In this document: positions 31,394 through 35,690 of the stretch, piece by piece
Numbering within the stretch: position 1 is the first letter of the stretch
How the letters are laid out: each line of letters begins with the position of its first letter
IMG/VR virus record: IMGVR_UViG_3300045971_000156
Coordinates: 1-35,690 of that record
Source of the DNA: a virus
Strand: one strand, 5' to 3'
Length of the DNA stretch: 35,690 nt
Notes under the pieces: generated by a model
The model's input: only the letters and a program-made list of their open reading frames with translations
Told to the model about the DNA's origin: nothing
Databases searched by the model: none
Program-made: the position numbers and the translations under genes

Positions 31394-31939
31394 CCACTGC
31401 GCTGCCATTGCGTTTGCAATGCCTTGATACGTCCTCGACCTGTTCTTCCATCTGTCAGGACCAGGTGGCATGTGGTGGACGATTGGTTTTCTACCGTCAA
31501 CCAGATTGGTAGGGTAAAGTTTTGGCAGACCTTTCAACCACAGACAAGTCGCCTTTGTTTCCCCATGCCCAAACATCCAAGGTTGAATCACCTGGCTAGG
31601 CTTGCGTATCCTGGTGCTGATGATGCTCACCGGGTTCTCAAGGCATATCTTTGGCACTGGCGCATCAAGCAATCGGCGCACAAACTCTAACGCCTCTTGC
31701 TGTACGCCTGATTCCTGTTTGGCAGCAAAGTGACGCGCACCGCTTACCGCAAGGTGAGTGCATGGCGGGTGGCATATCATTAAATCGTAAGACGCCAGAT
31801 CAAGGTCAAACACATCACCCTGATAGTGATTGCCCGGTGTCTCGCTTGGCAACAGATCACAACTCATGGCGTCATGCCCAAGCTCGGCAAAGGCGTTGCG
31901 TACACGCCCGGAATATTCGCAAGCAATTAGGATTTTCAT
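31385..31939 (-). CDS. Compact C5-cytosine DNA methyltransferase-like protein (184 aa)
   Basis: The ATG at 31937-31939 overlaps the xis stop as ATGA. ILIACEYSG resembles motif I, HPPCT is the catalytic Pro-Cys, CLENPVS is the ENV-type motif and RSRTYQGIANAMAAQW resembles motif X. Confidence 0.7.
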   Translation of the reverse strand: MKILIACEYSGRVRNAFAELGHDAMSCDLLPSETPGNHYQGDVFDLDLASYDLMICHPPCTHLAVSGARHFAAKQESGVQQEALEFVRRLLDAPVPKICLENPVSIISTRIRKPSQVIQPWMFGHGETKATCLWLKGLPKLYPTNLVDGRKPIVHHMPPGPDRWKNRSRTYQGIANAMAAQWSA

Positions 31940-32166
31940 AGTACTACCTTCGCCCAAGCCATGATCGAGTCACGCGACCAACGCGGTTGCTTGAATCTGT
32001 CCAACTTTGGAGGGAAGTCGGGCGAGTTCTGGATTTCGTTTTTCACATAGCTGTACTTGAATCCGCAGAACTCGGCAACGTCTTCCAGCGACATGATCAC
32101 TGGCGGGTGTGCCCTGGTCATCGCCCTGGCGACTTCAGTCTCTAGAATTTTGTCTTGGTCAGTCAC
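31936..32166 (-). CDS. xis: Excisionase/AlpA-like small DNA-binding protein (76 aa)
   Basis: MSLEDVAEFCGFKYSYVKNEI...PKLDRFKQPRWSRDSIMAW matches the AlpA/Xis HTH pattern. It lies adjacent to int. The GTG start is GTGA-coupled. Confidence 0.6.
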   Translation of the reverse strand: MTDQDKILETEVARAMTRAHPPVIMSLEDVAEFCGFKYSYVKNEIQNSPDFPPKLDRFKQPRWSRDSIMAWAKVVL

Positions 32167-32342
32167 GTCAATTCCCCCTTCAACGACAGCAAAACCATCC
32201 TCACGTCCCGGCTCTGTGCCGCCTTGAGCCTGAATTCGATCATGTCAAGCAACCGCTGCTTTTCTTCTGATCGTGCTTTGTCTTGCTGACAGTAGGTGCA
32301 GTACGACTCACCGTAGGGGTGGGCATGGGGGCAAGCAATCAT
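32163..32342 (-). CDS. Hypothetical Cys/His-containing micro-protein (59 aa)
   Basis: Manual translation gives MIACPHAHPYGESYCTYCQQDKARSEEKQRLLDMIEFRLKAAQSRDVRMVLLSLKGELT. It is coupled at both ends. Confidence 0.45.
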   Translation of the reverse strand: MIACPHAHPYGESYCTYCQQDKARSEEKQRLLDMIEFRLKAAQSRDVRMVLLSLKGELT

Positions 32343-32455
32343 TTAACTCTCCTTGCAATGCCGGGTGCCCAGCATCTGAGTGTGCCGCCGTGGAACGGGA
32401 AGTCTTCATAACGCCAATCCCATCGAAACGTCTTGCGAAGCTGGCGAAGTTTCAT
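32339..32455 (-). CDS. Hypothetical micro-protein (38 aa)
   Basis: Manual translation gives MKLRQLRKTFRWDWRYEDFPFHGGTLRCWAPGIARRVK. It is ATGA-coupled at both ends. Confidence 0.35.
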   Translation of the reverse strand: MKLRQLRKTFRWDWRYEDFPFHGGTLRCWAPGIARRVK

Positions 32456-32655
32456 TTATCCTCCAAATAGTCAACACACCCGCCACCAATGAACCTGCCT
32501 TGCATGAACGGTGTTCGCGGTCCGTAGTCCTCTCTGCGCAGGTAGCGCAGGCAGTGAGTACAAAGAGGCTGTATGTCTGTTTCAAGCGCACTGTCGATGA
32601 TGCGTTCTAGGGTTTCACCGTTGCATCTAAAGCAGTCGAGTGCTAGGTAGGTCAT
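32452..32655 (-). CDS. Hypothetical zinc-ribbon-like protein (67 aa)
   Basis: This is an internal ATG of track ORF 32452..32682 and is ATGA-coupled. It carries CFRC...CTHC cysteine pairs. Confidence 0.5.
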   Translation of the reverse strand: MTYLALDCFRCNGETLERIIDSALETDIQPLCTHCLRYLRREDYGPRTPFMQGRFIGGGCVDYLEDK

Positions 32656-32822
32656 TTGCTCCCCTCCACCCTCAACGGGCACTTGTCTGAAAAAGGTGGT
32701 GCAACCCTGACACCCAAGCTCACAGGCTCTTGTAGGTTGATCTTCCTAGCGCATCCGTGACACTCTTTGTCCAGCTTAGAGCCGAACTCAACGCGATGCC
32801 ATACGGCCATGCAGCGGGTCAT
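32652..32822 (-). CDS. Hypothetical Cys-rich micro-protein (56 aa)
   Basis: Manual translation gives MTRCMAVWHRVEFGSKLDKECHGCARKINLQEPVSLGVRVAPPFSDKCPLRVEGSK. It is ATGA-coupled at both ends. Confidence 0.45.
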   Translation of the reverse strand: MTRCMAVWHRVEFGSKLDKECHGCARKINLQEPVSLGVRVAPPFSDKCPLRVEGSK

Positions 32823-33151
32823 ATCTTTCCCCTGATGGCAGCAAAGTGCGCTGCCAGTTCCCGTGCTTTGTGCTTATTCACACCTTCACGCACCAAGTTG
32901 ACAGCCACCATATCAAGCCACTCTTGAGGCTCAGGCACTGGCGGGTGTAGGTAGAGTGGCGTTCCATTGGGTATGCTTCTGTCAATGGTTGCGCTCTTTG
33001 AAACCTCGCCATGAATTGAGTAGACATACCCAACAGGCTCACAAGCCTCCACCGTCGCAGCTTGGAAGGCAAGCATCTGGGCTTCGGTGTACCACTTGGT
33101 TGTGGGTTTCTGCATCTCCATATTCAACGGAGGTAATGGTGGTAAGCTCAT
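32819..33151 (-). CDS. Hypothetical protein (110 aa)
   Basis: Track ORF 32819..33358 starts at a TTG and overlaps better-looking ORFs. The ATG at 33149-33151 (MSLPPLPPLNMEMQKPTTKWYTEAQ...) is ATGA-coupled to the upstream micro-ORF. Confidence 0.55.
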   Translation of the reverse strand: MSLPPLPPLNMEMQKPTTKWYTEAQMLAFQAATVEACEPVGYVYSIHGEVSKSATIDRSIPNGTPLYLHPPVPEPQEWLDMVAVNLVREGVNKHKARELAAHFAAIRGKI

Positions 33152-33267
33152 GATGGTGTCCCCCACAGCATCAAAACTATGGCCCCAAGGGTCATGCGAA
33201 CTGGCTTTCCGATCACGACGCGTTTGCTGCGGTATCTCTTGCCACCCCGGTGTCTGCTGCTGCTCAT
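33148..33267 (-). CDS. Hypothetical basic/hydrophobic micro-protein (39 aa)
   Basis: Manual translation gives MSSSRHRGGKRYRSKRVVIGKPVRMTLGAIVLMLWGTPS. It is ATGA-coupled at both ends. Confidence 0.35.
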   Translation of the reverse strand: MSSSRHRGGKRYRSKRVVIGKPVRMTLGAIVLMLWGTPS

Positions 33268-33440
33268 ACCGCACTCCATTGATCGTTTTGTTTCTGTACC
33301 ATCTTCTTAAACTCCAAGTTCTGTAGGTGGGACCGTGCCCACACTTTGTGTTTGCCAAATGCGTCAGCTATTTCGTCCGGGGTGCTGGCGGGGTGCTGGC
33401 GCAGCCAGTGGTATACAGTGAACATTACTCGGCCTTTCAT
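33264..33440 (-). CDS. Hypothetical small protein (58 aa), possible wHTH
   Basis: This is an internal ATG of track ORF 33264..33560, with GGGAG 6 nt upstream. The protein reads MKGRVMFTVYHWLRQHPASTPDEIADAFGKHKVWARSHLQNLEFKKMV... Confidence 0.5.
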   Translation of the reverse strand: MKGRVMFTVYHWLRQHPASTPDEIADAFGKHKVWARSHLQNLEFKKMVQKQNDQWSAV

Positions 33441-33547
33441 ATCACACTCCCAATCACAGTTACAAGATAAGCCACTACTGCAAGCGCGATACAAACTATG
33501 AAGATCACGGTGGCGATACCGAGATCGTCTATTCCGTCGTCGTTCAT
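33437..33547 (-). CDS. Hypothetical single-TM micro-protein (36 aa)
   Basis: Manual translation gives MNDDGIDDLGIATVIFIVCIALAVVAYLVTVIGSVI. It is ATGA-coupled at both ends. Confidence 0.4.
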   Translation of the reverse strand: MNDDGIDDLGIATVIFIVCIALAVVAYLVTVIGSVI

Positions 33548-33969
33548 TGTCTGCACTCAATTTCTACACACACGATGCGTAGTAGGTCGGCTTGGATTTC
33601 CCTTGCTGCGGCCCTTGCTGCGCCCCATGCTACGTCCCATGCTGCGGCCCCTGCTGCGGCTAATTCGGAATCAGTAGCATTTCCGTTAGCATGACGCTCT
33701 GCAACGTCAATGGCTGCAATACTTCGTGGGTCGTTCATTAAGTGCCGCACACTGCGAGCGCAATCCACAGCGTATAGGCGTATCTCACTCTGAAAGCCAT
33801 CTACGGAGCGTAGGCACCACAGCGCATCGTCTAGGCTGTTGCTGTCGAGGATAGTTGTGATCGCCAGTGGCTCATCGTCAGCTTTTGTTTTACCTAGATT
33901 GGACAATAGCTTTTTCCAGCCCGACTCACATGGTGAACAGGCTCGGATGCGGTTGAGTGTGGTTTTCAT
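33544..33969 (-). CDS. Hypothetical protein (141 aa) with an Ala-rich helical C-terminus
   Basis: The ATG at 33967-33969 (MKTTLNRIRACSPCESGWKKLL...) is ATGA-coupled. The track start at 33981 is a GTG. Confidence 0.6.
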   Translation of the reverse strand: MKTTLNRIRACSPCESGWKKLLSNLGKTKADDEPLAITTILDSNSLDDALWCLRSVDGFQSEIRLYAVDCARSVRHLMNDPRSIAAIDVAERHANGNATDSELAAAGAAAWDVAWGAARAAAREIQADLLRIVCVEIECRQ

Positions 33970-34115
33970 AGCATCACCCACATAGCAATTCCTACCGCAA
34001 TCATTCCAAGCACTGCGCCGAATAGTTGGTTGCTTAGTCGGCGGTCAATTTCAAGTTCGCAGTCTTCTGCTGACTTTGTGGGGCGCAGGGTGCCTTTGGT
34101 GTACGGTGCAGTCAT
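33966..34115 (-). CDS. Hypothetical small protein with a C-terminal TM helix (49 aa; alternative start 34130)
   Basis: Manual translation gives MTAPYTKGTLRPTKSAEDCELEIDRRLSNQLFGAVLGMIAVGIAMWVML. It is ATGA-coupled at both ends. Confidence 0.45.
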   Translation of the reverse strand: MTAPYTKGTLRPTKSAEDCELEIDRRLSNQLFGAVLGMIAVGIAMWVML

Positions 34116-34282
34116 TTCATGGGACTCCATCTTGTCGCCGGGGTGTTGGCGTGTTTCATGTAGAAGTGGATCAAGAAGTTGAACGTCTGGGTATATGACA
34201 TTTCTACACCAGAGTCTTGTTTCAACTTATCCTTTATCTTGTCGATGTCAACTGACACTGGGACTGTTATTCGTTTCAGCAC
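34112..34282 (-). CDS. Candidate ribbon-helix-helix protein (56 aa, GTG start)
   Basis: Manual translation gives (M)LKRITVPVSVDIDKIKDKLKQDSGVEMSYTQTFNFLIHFYMKHANTPATRWSPMK. A KRITV beta-strand followed by two helices is the RHH pattern. The start choice is uncertain. Confidence 0.4.
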   Translation of the reverse strand: MLKRITVPVSVDIDKIKDKLKQDSGVEMSYTQTFNFLIHFYMKHANTPATRWSPMK

Positions 34283-34632
34283 GACACACCAACCGATCTG
34301 TAGTCTTTTTTCCTGTCAGGCCGCTGGTAGCATGGTGTCTGCTCCAACTTTCCTGCCAGCTTGTTCATTCGATTGGGCTGGACTATCTGGCCGTCTGTTG
34401 TCTGATACCTGATCAATCGGTTAGCCACCGACAAACCGTCTTCAGTGAGTGAGTAACGAACGATGTGCATGTTGCCGACTTTCGTTTTCTTCACAAGGTC
34501 TTAATAGTACAAATCAGGTAAAAGACGGGTCAATGTTGATTGATCAATCTTTAGCTCTTCTGTGATTTCTCTTGACCGTGCATCTACTCGGCCAGCCAGG
34601 TAAATCATGATGCGCTCTTGGGTTTTAGTCAT
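34276..34632 (-). pseudogene. Winged-helix DNA-binding gene interrupted by an in-frame TAA (34501-34503)
   Basis: The ATG at 34630-34632 reads MTKTQERIMIYLAGRVDARSREITEELKIDQSTLTRLLPDLYY, then TAA. The same frame continues DLVKKTKVGNMHIVRYSLTEDGLSVANRL..., which is track ORF 34276..34494. The two halves together form one complete wHTH (recognition helix plus wing). Confidence 0.55.
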
Positions 34633-34634
34633 GA

Positions 34635-34925
34635 TCAAAAGGGGATATCACTGTCATCGTCTTGTGGTGGCAACTGACGCGCCTGTGATACGCCAAAACG
34701 CTTGTCACTTGCTGGCTTCGGCGGTGGCTTTGCTGCTTCCTTTGGTTTGACAGTCAAAGACATGAACTTGTCGCCTGTCTTTTGGCTAGTCTTTAGCCAA
34801 GCATTCAGCCAGTAATCAACACCGTCCACGTTGATTGAGCCTGAGTAATCAGGGAATGTTGGCTTTGTCTTTTTGCTAATAGCATTGAACAAGACGCCAG
34901 TATTTGTATTGTCAAAATCAGTCAT
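34635..34925 (-). CDS. Short SSB-like protein with an acidic DDDSDIPF tail (96 aa)
   Basis: The C-terminal ...PPQDDDSDIPF matches the conserved SSB C-terminal interaction tip (D-D-D-I-P-F). It lies next to erf, and its start is ATGA-coupled to the HNH stop. Confidence 0.6.
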   Translation of the reverse strand: MTDFDNTNTGVLFNAISKKTKPTFPDYSGSINVDGVDYWLNAWLKTSQKTGDKFMSLTVKPKEAAKPPPKPASDKRFGVSQARQLPPQDDDSDIPF

Positions 34926-35407
34926 TTGAATTCCCTTTTGAATGTCTTTCCAGTTAGAACGCGATTGATGGTGTTGTAGGTCACGTTGAAATGAGGCGCA
35001 ATTTCGCTAGCTTTGAATCCCATTTCGTTCATGTCTTTTATCCATCCCAAACACGACTTAGTGAGTTTTGCAAACGAGCTTTTAGTCCCAATGTTTGCTG
35101 TTCCATGCAGGATGGCATCTTGAACATTCTCGCTACGTGTCCCCCACCTTAAATTTTCTAGACTGTTGTCAAGCCTATTACCGTTTTTGTGCAAAACCTC
35201 TTGCCCTTTCTCTGGATTTCCAACAAACGCTTGCAACAGTAGTCGATGGATATAGAAGGTGTTTGACTTGTTGTTGATTGAAAAATTGACGGTTCTATAT
35301 CCGACCAATCCAACCTGACAAGCCTTTTCTTTTCCATTCCTAAACACGCGACCATCTTCCGTTATGAATACGTTTTCACAACCAACAATATGGCTTATGT
35401 CTTTCAT
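34922..35407 (-). CDS. HNH homing endonuclease (161 aa)
   Basis: The N-terminal GYRTVNF...FYIHRLLLQAFVGNPEKGQEVLHKNGNRLDNSLENLRWGTRSEN is an HNH_3-type motif. The C-terminal IAPHFNVTYNTINRVLTGKTF is HTH-like. It is inserted between erf and the SSB-like gene. Confidence 0.85.
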   Translation of the reverse strand: MKDISHIVGCENVFITEDGRVFRNGKEKACQVGLVGYRTVNFSINNKSNTFYIHRLLLQAFVGNPEKGQEVLHKNGNRLDNSLENLRWGTRSENVQDAILHGTANIGTKSSFAKLTKSCLGWIKDMNEMGFKASEIAPHFNVTYNTINRVLTGKTFKREFK

Positions 35408-35415
35408 GATTTACC

Positions 35416-35690
35416 TTAGTTAGTTGTTAGGTTTTCCAAGGCAACAGACTCGCCTTGTTTCTTGATTGCGCTGCGGACATTGCTAGGCAACAGCTTCCAG
35501 AGGGCAACTTTCTCGTCACCGTCAACGATGCCTGAGTATTCTTCCCAAGCTCCGAGAATGTCGTTAGCACTGAACCGTTCTTTAACCGCCTCAGAAACGT
35601 CCACAATCACGCTCATGCGCTTTTGGCTAACGTCTGGTGTGCCAGTAGGGGTATGGATGATCTTTGGCTCTACGGGCTTGCTAGAGTCGA
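35416..35690 (-). CDS. erf: ERF-family recombinase, 3' part (same gene as 1..485)
   Basis: Track ORF 35416..35616 remains open upstream to the window end (...DSSKPVEPKIIHTPTGTPDVSQKRMSVIVDV...). It joins in frame, through the 127-bp repeat, to 128..485. Confidence 0.85.
   Translation of the reverse strand, partial: DSSKPVEPKIIHTPTGTPDVSQKRMSVIVDVSEAVKERFSANDILGAWEEYSGIVDGDEKVALWKLLPSNVRSAIKKQGESVALENLTTN
35564..35690. repeat. Terminal direct repeat, right copy (identical to 1..127)
   Basis: Exact match on direct reading. Confidence 0.95.

Noticed and set aside
33152-33358. N-terminal 69 codons of track ORF 32819..33358
   Set aside because: It has a TTG start and an Arg/Trp/Gln-rich peptide. 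The interval is better explained by the 58-aa and 39-aa ORFs, which are linked by ATGA overlaps in other frames.
1-35690. Search for tRNA, rRNA, CRISPR arrays, a reverse transcriptase/DGR, a phage RNA polymerase or a sigma factor
   Set aside because: I saw no cloverleaf-like or T-loop (GGTTCGAATCC-type) sequence, no regularly spaced repeat array, and no ORF with RT (YxDD), single-subunit RNAP or sigma region 2/4 signatures. The absence is by eye only and should be confirmed with tRNAscan-SE, Infernal and profile HMM searches.

Overview
The window is one complete tailed-phage genome. Positions 1-127 are identical to 35564-35690, so the unit is about 35,563 bp and is circular or terminally redundant. 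An ERF recombinase gene is split across the window ends. The layout is lambdoid and temperate. A CI-like repressor (1613-1945, -) and a Cro-like gene (2017-2223, +) diverge from a 71-bp switch region. The rightward early operon (2.0-8.0 kb) carries a ParB-like/unknown/PAPS-reductase-like trio, a replication organiser with internal 12-bp tandem repeats, NinG and an HNH-AP2 endonuclease. The leftward operon wraps through the junction and carries ERF, a second HNH, an SSB-tail protein, about 14 tiny translationally coupled ORFs, an Xis-like gene and a compact C5-methyltransferase-like gene. The late region (8.0-30.2 kb, +) holds TerS, TerL, portal, an unusual five-gene insert, scaffold, major capsid, adaptor/nozzle-like proteins, low-complexity internal proteins, tail fibres, a beta-barrel outer-membrane-like protein and a holin. 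An attP-like region and a tyrosine integrase follow. The most striking non-coding signal is a 22-bp motif (CCCTTTACC-N4-NNGACAAT) found five times, always intergenic, always on the + strand and always in front of a late gene block. I saw no rRNA, tRNA or CRISPR array. All calls come from reading the sequence and from remembered family signatures; no searches were run.
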